DNA from: Deltaproteobacteria bacterium
Lineage (GTDB): Bacteria > UBA10199 > GCA-002796325 > JACPFF01
Direction of reading: 5' to 3'
Assembly: GCA_016183125.1 (NCBI GenBank)
Contig: JACPFG010000043.1
Span: 1 to 54,116, forward strand
Length of the DNA: 54,116 nucleotides
The translations under genes and the position numbers were made by a program. The notes below the pieces were generated by a model. The model worked only from the letters and a program-made list of their open reading frames with translations, had not been told where the DNA came from and did not search any database. Shown piece after piece: positions 19,525 through 28,019 of the stretch (its first letter is position 1; every line of letters starts with the position of its first letter).

Positions 19525-19578
19525 GATGATGGTTTGGTGCCGGATACCATCGGGAGTGCCTGGCAGGCGATTTTCCAG

Positions 19579-19606
19579 TTGACTGGAATTTATACACGTA
19601 TAAAAT
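19579..19606 (+). promoter_or_regulatory. Putative sigma-70-type promoter of the AAA+ ATPase gene
   Basis: TTGACT (19579-19584), 16-nt spacer, TAAAAT (19601-19606). GGGGAGG SD at 19642-19648 and ATG at 19654 lie downstream. Confidence 0.5.
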
Positions 19607-19653
19607 AACATGCAGTTGAGTTTATTCATGTCCCGTTGGCAGGGGAGGCTCGC

Positions 19654-20784
19654 ATGCAGCGGTACCTGGAGGGGGCAATCCGCGAGGACTTGCGGGAGAA
19701 GATGGTGTTTGTCGGGGGGCCACGGCAGGTAGGGAAGACGACGGTGGCCTTCCATCTCCTGGGGGATGCCGATGAATCGCATCCGGCCTATCTCAACTGG
19801 GATGCCCCTGCCAGGAAGTCATCACTGCTGAACGGGGAACTCCCGGCGAACCAAAAGTTGATCGTTCTGGATGAGGTGCATAAATACAAGGGCTGGCGGA
19901 ATCTCGTGAAGGGGTTGTATGACCAGCACAAATCCCGCACGCAATTCCTGATCACGGGATCCGCACGGCTGGATTACTATCGACGCGGCGGAGATTCGCT
20001 GCAAGGCCGATACCATTATTATCGGCTTCACCCGTTGAGTCTCGCGGAATTGAGCGATCGGCCCACGCGAGCCGATCTGGACCAATTACTTGCCTTCGGC
20101 GGGTTCCCGGAACCGTTCCTCCGGGCCCGCGAGCGGCACGCCAAGCGGTGGCAGCGGGAGCGCCTGGCGCGCGTGATGCAGGAGGATTTAGTCAACCTGG
20201 AGCACGTCAAAGAGGTGTCGCAACTGGACCTCCTGATGCATCTGCTCCCCGCCCGCGTCGGGTCCATCCTCTCGCTGAATAATCTCAAACAGGATCTCCA
20301 GGTCGCCTTTGCCACGGCGGAACGGTGGGTCATGATCCTGGAGCGCCTCTATTATTGCTTCCGGATCGCCCCCTTTGGTCTCCCCGCCCTCCGCACGGCA
20401 AAAAAAGAGAAAAAACTCTATCTCTGGGACTGGTCCCAATGCGCGGCGCCGAGCGCCCGGTTTGAAAACTGCGTGGCGTCGCATTTGCTGAAGATGTGTC
20501 ACCGGATCCAGGATACGGAGGGAGAGGAGATGCACCTCCAGTTTCTGCGGGATGCCCAGCAGCGGGAGATCGATTTTGTCGTCGTGAAGAATCGCAAACC
20601 GTTGTTTGCCGTCGAGTGCAAGACGGGGGAAGCAGGTGTCAGTCCCAACATTGCCTATTTTGCGGCGCGCTCCTCCATCCCGCAGTTCTATCAGGTGCAC
20701 TTAGGCCACAAAGATGTAGAGATCGCCGCTCACCGAACGCGCGTCCTCCCCTTCGCCACCTTCTGCCGGGAGAAGGGATTGTAG
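19654..20784 (+). CDS. AAA+ ATPase, DUF4143-containing family (COG1373-like)
   Basis: Walker A GGPRQVGKTT, Walker B LIVLDEVHKY, then the C-terminal region typical of this family (YYRLHPLS..., REIDFVV). ATG 19654 is preferred over the listed TTG 19636 because of the SD spacing. Confidence 0.82.
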   Translation: MQRYLEGAIREDLREKMVFVGGPRQVGKTTVAFHLLGDADESHPAYLNWDAPARKSSLLNGELPANQKLIVLDEVHKYKGWRNLVKGLYDQHKSRTQFLITGSARLDYYRRGGDSLQGRYHYYRLHPLSLAELSDRPTRADLDQLLAFGGFPEPFLRARERHAKRWQRERLARVMQEDLVNLEHVKEVSQLDLLMHLLPARVGSILSLNNLKQDLQVAFATAERWVMILERLYYCFRIAPFGLPALRTAKKEKKLYLWDWSQCAAPSARFENCVASHLLKMCHRIQDTEGEEMHLQFLRDAQQREIDFVVVKNRKPLFAVECKTGEAGVSPNIAYFAARSSIPQFYQVHLGHKDVEIAAHRTRVLPFATFCREKGL

Positions 20785-20812
20785 GTGTGCGTGCAGATGC
20801 CTGGCAGGCGAT
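20784..20812. repeat. 3'-flank repeat of the ATPase cassette
   Basis: GGTGTGCGTGCAGATGCCTGGCAGGCGAT recurs at 23997-24025 with 3 mismatches. Its TGCCTGGCAGGCGAT core also occurs upstream of the gene at 19558-19572. Confidence 0.75.
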
Positions 20813-20818
20813 GTTTGT

Positions 20819-21001
20819 TTACTCAAGAGCTACTATAGATTCTACGGCGAGCATGGAACCACAATAGAGTTCCGGACAAGAGGAGACAAGATATTCTCCA
20901 ACGACCTCAACCCTCTTCCCTAAAAATTCAGGGGCCACCCCACCGGCGAATTCATCTTCTGCTATTTTTGTTATCAGAGGAATCACAAATAAATCATTCA
21001 C
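20819..21001 (-). CDS. Small ORF paralogous to the C-terminal half of the 21037..21393 lipoprotein (possibly a truncated copy)
   Basis: LGKRVEVVGEYLVSSCPELYCGSMLAVESIVALE aligns with LGKKVEIQGRYEGTTCLEVCSCGNFISVEDVTVLE of the neighbour. No signal peptide, AT-rich context. Confidence 0.3.
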   Translation of the reverse strand: MNDLFVIPLITKIAEDEFAGGVAPEFLGKRVEVVGEYLVSSCPELYCGSMLAVESIVALE

Positions 21002-21036
21002 CTCATCTACCGAACCGAAACTGGGACGGTCTTTTT

Positions 21037-21393
21037 TTATTCAAGAACAGTTACATCTTCGACCGAAATGAAGTTACCGCAGGAACACACCTCCAAACAA
21101 GTGGTCCCCTCGTACCGGCCTTGTATTTCGACTTTTTTCCCCAAGGATCGAATGATTTCGGTGTTGTTCTCTTGCGCCACTCGCACGACACCGGTTTCAT
21201 CTTCAAGATAAAAATTGTCAGGACAGTCAAGCCCCACTTCTAGGCCAATCTTTATTGTGCCAATCAGCGTGACCACACCTCCGTAAGGTGGGGACGACAG
21301 AGACTGAATGGTCCTGCTGGAAGGCCCCGCATTATCACATCCCAAGGACGTAACGACTACCATACCTGCAATGAATATGATGAAATTCTTCAT
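21037..21393 (-). CDS. Small lipoprotein, hypothetical
   Basis: MKNFIIFIAGMVVVTSLGC has a lipobox (LGC). The listed ORF start at 21672 overlaps the upstream subtilisin gene end and is rejected in favour of ATG 21393. Confidence 0.55.
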   Translation of the reverse strand: MKNFIIFIAGMVVVTSLGCDNAGPSSRTIQSLSSPPYGGVVTLIGTIKIGLEVGLDCPDNFYLEDETGVVRVAQENNTEIIRSLGKKVEIQGRYEGTTCLEVCSCGNFISVEDVTVLE

Positions 21394-21413
21394 CAGACCT
21401 TCATTTCCTCTCT

Positions 21414-23603
21414 TCACGGCACAGTTGCCAAGTCTAGAAATCTTCCGTTGCCAGATGCCGGAGTGAGAGGCAGGAGAGGAACGGGAGTAATATCCGCAAG
21501 GTTGACCGTCGCACTGGCAGCGTCGAGAACAGCTGTCCGTAAGCCTGGCCCATTGCCGATGAGGGCTGGATTTCGATCCAAGATCACGGCTGAGGCGCCA
21601 GCGACGGTTGGCGAGGCAAAAGAGGTCCCATCGACCGTTGCCGTTCCACCTCCAAAGTCCAGCGTCAGCCAACCCAAACCCGGTGCAGCGATGTCCGCAT
21701 AGCCAACACCTCGGGAGCTAAAGCCCGTTAAGGCGGGATTAGGATTCCCGGCTGTGATGGTCGTATCTGTTGCTGCGGTGATGATCACCTGGTTGGGATG
21801 ATTTGTCTGAAGTGGAATTTGCGGGACAACGATCATCGACGTTGCCGGCACATTGACATTACAGTTGCCCGCGGCCAGCACCACCAACATATTGCCAATA
21901 TTGAAATTGTAAAAATTATTGGCTCGATTGCGGACATCACCAAAATTTTTCCCCAGCCCGTCAAAAATTGCCCCACTACAAGTGGCTGTTGGATGAGCGG
22001 GGGCGGTATTTTCAAAACTCAGCGTCGCCAAACTGATGTTGACAATATCGGCTCCCTGGTTGCGCGCATAGACGAGGGCCTGCTGAACGTCAAAGTCGTC
22101 GGCATCATCCGGAGCGGCGCCAGCAACCATCGTTTGAACCCGCAAGGGGAGTATACGAACCCTCCACGACATTCCTGCAATCCCGCCTGTGACGGTGAAG
22201 ATTCCCGCACCGGTTGGATCCAGAGCAGGATCGACGTTCAGCACGTTCGCCCCCCCAGCAAGATTATCACCGACGGCACCGATAATGCCAGTCACCATGG
22301 TACCATGGGCATTTGCTGAATTGGGATTATTGTCACCCGCACCCGTGAAATCCGAGCCGACCAGATCATCTACAAAGCCATTCCCATCCGTATCCGCCCC
22401 GTCAGCCCAGTTCGGATCATTGATGATATCGAGCGGATCGCAAATGTTGAACGGGGCATTGGCATTCGCCCCAACCGGACATTGAGCCGAATTAGCCGCA
22501 TCGTTTAAATCAATAAAGGTCATCACGCCGTCGCCATCGGCATCGACAATTCCCAAGGCGGGCGGGATTTCGGCAGCATTGATATACCAGTTGGGGATGA
22601 GGTCAGGATGGTCCAGATCAAAACCCGCATCAATGACGGCAACAATAATATCGCGATTGCCGACGGTCCCGTTCACCACGCCATCGGCATTCTCTAAACG
22701 GGTCCAAAGGTTTGGTGCGTTGATGATCGTTTGATGAGCCGGCGTCCCTTCGTTCGGGACCCCAGCGGCCTGTGCCACACCCATAAAGAAAACAGGGGCA
22801 GTACGGTCCGTTTCCAATTTGCCTTCGTAGAAATGGATGCCGTCAATAATGGACATACTATTGGGCACTTTCATTTTATAGGCGTTCAGTTCCGGAATGG
22901 CCTTGAGGATGACAGCCCCGATCTCCGCGTTGATCTCTTCAACCCGTGCCAGGGAGATGCCGGGCTTGAAACGTACAGCCACGACATTGGGTTTGAGACC
23001 TCCCGTGATATCAGTCGCTAGCAATGCAACCGCCTCCAGGGTCGGTTTTAAGATATACCCTTGGCCCTTGTTCCGGATGGTATTCTTCTGCGGATCAAAG
23101 GTCGCCCGCACAGCCGTCACCTCATCTTTCTTAATCTCAAAGGGGGTCTTGTCAGCGGGATTGATTTTCAGTCCCGTTTGGTCGCCGCTGGGGAGTTTCA
23201 TCGCCGAGCTATCCCCGGAAATGCTCACTGAAACGGACGGCGAGATCTCCTCTGACGTGATCAGGCGAATCTGTTCAACAAAACCGACGGGAATTTCGAA
23301 CTGACCGACATTGATCGGCTCATTCGTCGGTGTAATGGTGAGCGTTTGCAACACGTCACTCACCGGCAGGGTCTGTTCAACGGCAGACTCCGTAAGATCA
23401 CTCCGATGGACGACTTCAATCCGGCTGATCTTGAATTCAAGATGATCAAAACCGGCGATCGGACTCCCGTCATCCGAGAGGACCTTGAGGGAAAGTAGAA
23501 GAGAACCCTTATCGGGCGCGCCGGACGGAGAGTCGCAGCTCATGTTGAAAAAGAGAAACGCGAATGCCCAAACAAACTGCCGAACGTTTTTGCGGATGAC
23601 CAC
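21414..23603 (-). CDS. Secreted DUF4382-like domain + subtilisin-like (S8) serine peptidase
   Basis: GGGAGG 4 nt upstream of GTG 23603. Signal/lipobox-like VVIRKNVRQFVWAFAFLFFNMSC. DUF4382-like segment (MKLPSGDQTGLKI...NKGQGYILKPTLE). S8 catalytic motifs VAVIDAGFDLDHPDL (Asp), HGTMVTGIIG (His), LAAGN (oxyanion Asn), GTSFASPTVAG (Ser). Asp-rich Ca-binding-like inserts (DADGDGV, DTDGNGFVDD). Confidence 0.85.
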   Translation of the reverse strand: MVIRKNVRQFVWAFAFLFFNMSCDSPSGAPDKGSLLLSLKVLSDDGSPIAGFDHLEFKISRIEVVHRSDLTESAVEQTLPVSDVLQTLTITPTNEPINVGQFEIPVGFVEQIRLITSEEISPSVSVSISGDSSAMKLPSGDQTGLKINPADKTPFEIKKDEVTAVRATFDPQKNTIRNKGQGYILKPTLEAVALLATDITGGLKPNVVAVRFKPGISLARVEEINAEIGAVILKAIPELNAYKMKVPNSMSIIDGIHFYEGKLETDRTAPVFFMGVAQAAGVPNEGTPAHQTIINAPNLWTRLENADGVVNGTVGNRDIIVAVIDAGFDLDHPDLIPNWYINAAEIPPALGIVDADGDGVMTFIDLNDAANSAQCPVGANANAPFNICDPLDIINDPNWADGADTDGNGFVDDLVGSDFTGAGDNNPNSANAHGTMVTGIIGAVGDNLAGGANVLNVDPALDPTGAGIFTVTGGIAGMSWRVRILPLRVQTMVAGAAPDDADDFDVQQALVYARNQGADIVNISLATLSFENTAPAHPTATCSGAIFDGLGKNFGDVRNRANNFYNFNIGNMLVVLAAGNCNVNVPATSMIVVPQIPLQTNHPNQVIITAATDTTITAGNPNPALTGFSSRGVGYADIAAPGLGWLTLDFGGGTATVDGTSFASPTVAGASAVILDRNPALIGNGPGLRTAVLDAASATVNLADITPVPLLPLTPASGNGRFLDLATVP

Positions 23604-23774
23604 AGAACCTCCCTGGCAGAGGTCAAGAACACTTGGCGCGAACCAATGAGAGGGCAATAACACCTTGAAAATTTGGATGTCAAGCGGAAAGCCCCTGTAT
23701 CCGACGGCCTTTCCCGTTCGGTACCTGGTACCAAATGAACATGCGATCACGGTTTGGTACCTGATATCCTCAAG

Positions 23775-23802
23775 TTGACGAGAATTTATGCATGTATAAA
23801 AT
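23775..23802 (+). promoter_or_regulatory. Orphan copy of the ATPase-gene promoter
   Basis: TTGACG (23775-23780), 16-nt spacer, TAAAAT (23797-23802). The surrounding sequence aligns with 19577-19610. Confidence 0.4.
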
Positions 23803-23812
23803 CATATACCGT

Positions 23813-23925
23813 TGGGATGCCCCGCCAGGAAGTCACCGCTCCTGAAAGGGAAGCTCCCGGCGAACCAAAAGTTGATCGTTCTGGATGAGGTGCATAAATA
23901 CAAGGGCTGGCGGAACCTCGTGAAG
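23813..23925 (+). pseudogene. Internal fragment of a second DUF4143 AAA+ ATPase gene copy
   Basis: About 113 nt align by hand to 19798-19911 of the intact gene, with a handful of substitutions and a 1-nt deletion. The SD, start codon, Walker A region and most of the 3' part of the gene are missing. Confidence 0.75.
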
Positions 23926-23996
23926 TTCGGTACCCGGTACCTAATGGACGCGAAATGATGGTTTGGTACCGGGGACCCTTGGGAGTTCCCGCGACG

Positions 23997-24025
23997 GGTG
24001 TGCGTGCTCATGCCTGGCAGGCAAT
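23997..24025. repeat. Second copy of the ATPase-cassette 3'-flank repeat
   Basis: GGTGTGCGTGCTCATGCCTGGCAGGCAAT matches 20784-20812. It is preceded at 23956-23973 by ATGATGGTTTGGTACCGG, which matches 19526-19543. Confidence 0.75.
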
Positions 24026-24056
24026 TTTACTGCAGGGGGCTAACTGATGCGAATTT

Positions 24057-24320
24057 TCATGGAAGAATACTGTGGGTTCCAATGTTGCGAAGATACACGT
24101 GGTCCGCGAACTCCTGCAACGTGATGCGCACCCCCATGGAAATGGAAATTTCCTTGACCGGTGGATTGTCCCGCTTTAGCGCCTGAACGGTCTTGTATCG
24201 CAACGAGGGATGAAAACGGTTCGCCACGAAGAGCCGCAATTTTCTTTCCACAATGTCCCGAAAATGCGGCGGGAACCGTTGGTACTGCTTAAGAAAATTA
24301 TGCGAATAGACAAATTTCAA
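24057..24320 (-). CDS. Type II toxin, RelE/ParE superfamily
   Basis: 87 aa. FLKQYQRFPPHFRDIVERKL...HPSLRYKTV...ISISMGVRITLQEFADHVYLRNIGTHSIL fits the RelE/ParE-type pattern. TTG start overlaps the upstream TGA (TTGA). Confidence 0.7.
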   Translation of the reverse strand: MKFVYSHNFLKQYQRFPPHFRDIVERKLRLFVANRFHPSLRYKTVQALKRDNPPVKEISISMGVRITLQEFADHVYLRNIGTHSILP

Positions 24321-24589
24321 TGGGACAGATCTCTGTTCAGCTGGCGAAAGAGGTCGTGGAGATTTTTTGCGCGGCGCACCTTCTTCTTCCGGTAATCCGC
24401 ACTCGCCATTTTTTCCGCGCGAATCCAGGCGTGGGTATAATAGCGCTCCTCGCCTTCCCCGGCGTGAAGGGCTAAAAGAAACAGACAGTACTGATTCAGG
24501 CTGACCCCCTCATGGTACGCCAGCTCTTTCAGGCGCTTATGGAGGGAGACCGGAATGCGAAGGGGCATCTGACCCGAGGGCGTTTCCAT
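24317..24589 (-). CDS. Type II antitoxin, HicB-like / ribbon-helix-helix type
   Basis: LRIPVSLHKRLKELAYHEGVSLNQYCLFLLA is the typical HicB-family/RHH antitoxin DNA-binding segment. Translationally coupled to the toxin ORF. Confidence 0.7.
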   Translation of the reverse strand: METPSGQMPLRIPVSLHKRLKELAYHEGVSLNQYCLFLLALHAGEGEERYYTHAWIRAEKMASADYRKKKVRRAKNLHDLFRQLNRDLSH

Positions 24590-24642
24590 GAGAAAGATGC
24601 TATCATATATAATAGCTCTGTCAAGCGGGTTTTAATTGCCGC

Positions 24643-25080
24643 CTATTCAAATGGATCGATGACCTTCAGAAACGGAAAGAGGCGAAAATCGGTGTCGTGC
24701 GTATAGAGCACGCCGACGCCGTTTTCCTTCAGGAGGGCCGCAATATGGCAGTCGTGCATGAGATTTCCTGAAGGATTGCGTACAGATTCGAGGAGCATTT
24801 CTAACACCTCGGCATGCTCCTCGCTCTCGTAGAGCAACTCGACATTTGGCACCCCGAGCAGGACTTCAAGAAACTGCCACGCGTCTCGCCAAGGGAGCGG
24901 CGAGGCAAAGACCTTGGGATGCGTAACCACGCGGAGGAATTCATACACGATGGCCCAACAGAGATACCATGGACCTGGGCTTGCCAGCAGGTCCGAAAGA
25001 TAAGCCTTCGCAGGTTCATGGCGAGGGCCTTCCTGATTGACGGCATAGACTAAGATATTTGTATCGAGCATCCCGCTCAT
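24643..25080 (-). CDS. vapC: PIN-domain toxin VapC
   Basis: MLDTNILVYAV (first acidic residue), EHAEVL, HDCHIAALL, YTHDTDF. Classical PIN layout. ATGA overlap with the upstream antitoxin. Confidence 0.88.
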   Translation of the reverse strand: MSGMLDTNILVYAVNQEGPRHEPAKAYLSDLLASPGPWYLCWAIVYEFLRVVTHPKVFASPLPWRDAWQFLEVLLGVPNVELLYESEEHAEVLEMLLESVRNPSGNLMHDCHIAALLKENGVGVLYTHDTDFRLFPFLKVIDPFE

Positions 25081-25313
25081 TTTTCATCCATGATATCCCA
25101 CAGGCGGCTCCGATCCGCGGGGTCAACGCGGGGCGGCCCCATCGCAAATGAGGGGAGAGTGATGCGCCGCGCCGTCTTTTTGAGCGCGGGCACATTCAAG
25201 GCAGCGCGCAAAAACGCCTGAATCAGGTCCGTCAGGCTCCTCCCCTCCCGTCGCGCCCGTTTCTTCAGCCGCTGCTCCAATCCCGGCGCCAAAATGATCG
25301 TTGTCCTGTGCAT
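25077..25313 (-). CDS. vapB: RHH/CopG-type antitoxin VapB
   Basis: 78 aa. TTIILAPGLEQRLKKRARREGRSLTDLIQAFL is a ribbon-helix-helix motif. Directly upstream of and overlapping vapC. Confidence 0.78.
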   Translation of the reverse strand: MHRTTIILAPGLEQRLKKRARREGRSLTDLIQAFLRAALNVPALKKTARRITLPSFAMGPPRVDPADRSRLWDIMDEK

Positions 25314-25397
25314 ATGGAGGATATGGTAATTACTTTATGATATATATGTCAATATGATTCTTCGGCTCGTCGCACTAGCATAATTTACTACGTCCAG

Positions 25398-25700
25398 TTA
25401 CTTCCGGGGTTTAAACCGAACGGTTGCGGTGACTTCGATTTCGTGGCCTTCGAGGAGTTCTCTGGCAAGTTGTTTGATATCGACCCGGTCAATCGCGCGC
25501 TCGATCTCGCCGCGGACGACCTCGAAGACCTCTTCCTTGCGTCGCTCGACCTGCTCGACGAGAAACTGCGTGGCCTCCTTCGGAAGGCGGACCTCACGGA
25601 CGGCGCGGCGGACCCCCTGTTCGGTCATCCAGAAGGCGCCCATCCCTAGGCGCAGCAGCTTAGCGAGCCGTCCGTTGGGTTCTTTTTTTGGCGTCACCAT
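25398..25700 (-). CDS. Hypothetical small charged helical protein (phasin-like composition)
   Basis: 100-aa ORF rich in E/R/K, predicted helical. Overlaps the upstream SRPBCC gene end by 41 nt, so the true start may be the internal Met (MGAFWMTEQG). Confidence 0.4.
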   Translation of the reverse strand: MVTPKKEPNGRLAKLLRLGMGAFWMTEQGVRRAVREVRLPKEATQFLVEQVERRKEEVFEVVRGEIERAIDRVDIKQLARELLEGHEIEVTATVRFKPRK

Positions 25701-26145
25701 GAGTACCGTTCTTCGGGTCAGGCAGTAACAGTTCTGCGCGTTTCTTGAACCGTTTTAGCGTGCTAGGCAGTGTGCTCATAGCCAACGTCTCCGACACCAT
25801 CCCTGGGACCAGCGGGCCGAACCTGATATCCACCGTATAAGTGGCCTCCGTGCCGCCGTCCCGGGTCGCCTTAAGACGCCAGGAACCGCTGTTGTCGCGC
25901 ATCACCTGCCCCTTCACCCATCCCCACTCCATCAGCTCCGGCGGGGCCAGCCGGAAACGGAGCGTATAGTGGAGGGGGACGAATATTTGGGCCGAGAAGG
26001 TGACGGTGACCTCGGCCTTGGTCTCCTCGTCGATCGTCACTCCCTTGATCTCAGGGAGAAACTCCGGATACCGCCCGAAGTCTGTGATGACCCGGTAGAC
26101 ATGCTCGCGCGGCGCGGCGATCCTTATCGATTGAGTGGCGCCCAT
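25660..26145 (-). CDS. SRPBCC (START/RatA/CoQ10-like) family protein
   Basis: IRIAAPREHVYRVITDFGRYPEFLPEIKGVTI...WRL is typical of polyketide_cyc2/SRPBCC proteins. ATG 26145 overlaps the glpX stop (TAATG). Confidence 0.72.
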   Translation of the reverse strand: MGATQSIRIAAPREHVYRVITDFGRYPEFLPEIKGVTIDEETKAEVTVTFSAQIFVPLHYTLRFRLAPPELMEWGWVKGQVMRDNSGSWRLKATRDGGTEATYTVDIRFGPLVPGMVSETLAMSTLPSTLKRFKKRAELLLPDPKNGTHGDAKKRTQRTAR

Positions 26146-27095
26146 TAGTGCGGTTTCTTCGCGAACTCGTGATACGCCGTAACGTAACGAATCGTCCCGG
26201 TCTTCGACCGCATCACGACCGAGTGGGTCTCGCATCCGCCACCGAAGAAGACAACCCCCTTCAGGAAGTCCCCGTGTGTCACACCGGTGGCGGCGAACAT
26301 CACCTCCCCCTTTGCCAGGTCCTGAAGGTGATAGACGCGCTCGAAATCGGCGATCCCCATGGCACGCGCGCGGGTCCTCTCCTCGTCATTGCGGAATTTG
26401 AGCCGCCCCTGAAAATCCCCACCCATGCAGCGAAGTGCTGCCGCAGCCAAGACACCCTCCGGGGCCCCGCCGATCCCCATCAGGATGTCCACCCCCCTGG
26501 TCTCGCGGCAGGTGGCGATCGCAGCCGAGACGTCCCCGTCGCGAATCAGCTTGATCCGAGCGCCGGCCCGGCGGCACTCCATGATCAGATTCTCGTGGCG
26601 TGGCCGATCGAGGATAATTACGGTCAGCTCCTCCACCGCGCAGCGCTTTGCCGCCGCGACACGTCTCAAATTCTCCGTGGGGGATTTTGTAATATCGATC
26701 GCCCCACGAGCCACAGGCCCAACGGCGATCTTATCCATATAGGTGTCCGGGGCATTGAGAAAACCGCCTTTATCCGCGCATGCAATAACGGCCAGGGCAT
26801 TGTTGTCACCCCGAGCGGTGATAGTGGTCCCCTCGAGCGGGTCGAGCGCGATGTCGATCGTCGATCCGTTTCCCTGGCCTACCTCCTCGCCGATATAGAG
26901 CATAGGGGCCTCATCGCGCTCCCCCTCCCCTATCACGACGCGGCCGCTGAATTTGATGCCGTTTAATGCCGATCGCATGGCATCGACTGCCACCTGATCG
27001 GCCATCCGTTCGTCCCCACGTCCCATCACGCGAGCCGCGGCTATTGCCGCCGCCTCTGTTACACGCACCATTTCTAATGCCAAGTTACGATCCAT
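26145..27095 (-). CDS. glpX: Fructose-1,6-bisphosphatase class II
   Basis: MDRNLALEMVRVTEAAAIAAARVMGRGDERMADQVAVDAMR...VVIGEGERDEAPMLYIGEEVG...DPLEGTT is the GlpX signature region. GGGAGG SD before ATG 27095. Confidence 0.92.
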   Translation of the reverse strand: MDRNLALEMVRVTEAAAIAAARVMGRGDERMADQVAVDAMRSALNGIKFSGRVVIGEGERDEAPMLYIGEEVGQGNGSTIDIALDPLEGTTITARGDNNALAVIACADKGGFLNAPDTYMDKIAVGPVARGAIDITKSPTENLRRVAAAKRCAVEELTVIILDRPRHENLIMECRRAGARIKLIRDGDVSAAIATCRETRGVDILMGIGGAPEGVLAAAALRCMGGDFQGRLKFRNDEERTRARAMGIADFERVYHLQDLAKGEVMFAATGVTHGDFLKGVVFFGGGCETHSVVMRSKTGTIRYVTAYHEFAKKPH

Positions 27096-27969
27096 TATGC
27101 CTCCCGAGAAATTGTGTATCCGCCATATACGAACTTCTGACAAAAGGCCCCGAAAAGACCCGCGCGAATCCGAGAGACTCTCCGTACGCGCGCAGCTCCT
27201 CGAATACCTCCGGCCGCACATATTCTACCACCGGATGATGCTCCTTCGTCGGCTGAAGATACTGGCCGATCGTAACTATAATGCATCCGGCCGAGCGCAG
27301 GTCCCGCAAGGTCTCTTCGACCTCTCCCCTAGTCTCGCCGAGCCCCACCATGATCCCCGACTTGATATGGATGTCAGGGTACCATTCATGCATCCGTTGA
27401 AGGACGGTCAGCGACCGATCGTACCTGGCCTTGCTCCTAACACCCGGCGTCAGGCGCCGGACGGTTTCGATATTGTGATTGAAGATCTCGGGACAGGCCG
27501 TGCCTACGGCCCGCAGGCACTCCTCCCGCGCATGAAAGTCGGGTGTTAAGACCTCAACCGTTACTTGACGCGTCTCTTCATGGATTGCTTGAACGGTTTG
27601 CGCGAAATGCCCGGCCCCTTCATCGGCCAGATCGTCTCTGGCCACGGCCGTGATCACTATATGCCGCAGTCCCATCTGATCCACCATGGCGGCGATCTGC
27701 CGTGGTTCTTCCGGGTCGAGCGGAAGCGGTCTTCCACTCTTCACGGCGCAGAATCGGCATGAGCGCGTACAGATATCTCCACCGATCATGAATGTTGCCA
27801 CGCCGCGGCTCCAGCATTCCCCCATGTTCGGGCAGCGGGCCTCCTCGCATACGGTATGGAGCCGTCGACTGCGAAACCGTGCCTTTAGGGTATGCATAGC
27901 CTCCCAGTCCCCGGCAGTCTTGCGCATCCAGGTGGGGAGGCGGGGTTTATATGTCGGCAGTGCGTCCAC
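27085..27969 (-). CDS. lipA: Lipoyl synthase (radical SAM)
   Basis: CEEARCPNMGECW auxiliary cluster motif and CTRSCRFCAV radical-SAM CxxxCxxC motif. Confidence 0.93.
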   Translation of the reverse strand: MDALPTYKPRLPTWMRKTAGDWEAMHTLKARFRSRRLHTVCEEARCPNMGECWSRGVATFMIGGDICTRSCRFCAVKSGRPLPLDPEEPRQIAAMVDQMGLRHIVITAVARDDLADEGAGHFAQTVQAIHEETRQVTVEVLTPDFHAREECLRAVGTACPEIFNHNIETVRRLTPGVRSKARYDRSLTVLQRMHEWYPDIHIKSGIMVGLGETRGEVEETLRDLRSAGCIIVTIGQYLQPTKEHHPVVEYVRPEVFEELRAYGESLGFARVFSGPFVRSSYMADTQFLGRHNGS

Positions 27970-28019
27970 GGGGCCGTACGCGTAATCCAGTTGGCAGGCA
28001 AAGTCAAACCGAACGGGGT

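Noticed and set aside
19402-19782. N-terminal 127-aa extension of the listed 16882..19782 ORF
   Set aside because: It runs through the inverted repeat, the predicted promoter and the first 43 codons of the divergent ATPase gene. Its sequence is low-complexity and Cys/Leu-rich. The first plausible Met is at 19401.
21394-21672. Upstream extension of the small lipoprotein ORF (listed as 21037..21672)
   Set aside because: It overlaps the 3' end of the subtilisin gene in another frame. A clean lipoprotein signal peptide begins at the internal Met at 21393.
25330-25397. TTGACA hexamer (minus strand, complement of 25347-25352) as the vapBC promoter -35 element
   Set aside because: No acceptable -10 hexamer lies at 16-18 nt spacing, and no SD precedes vapB. 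It is not supportable from sequence alone.
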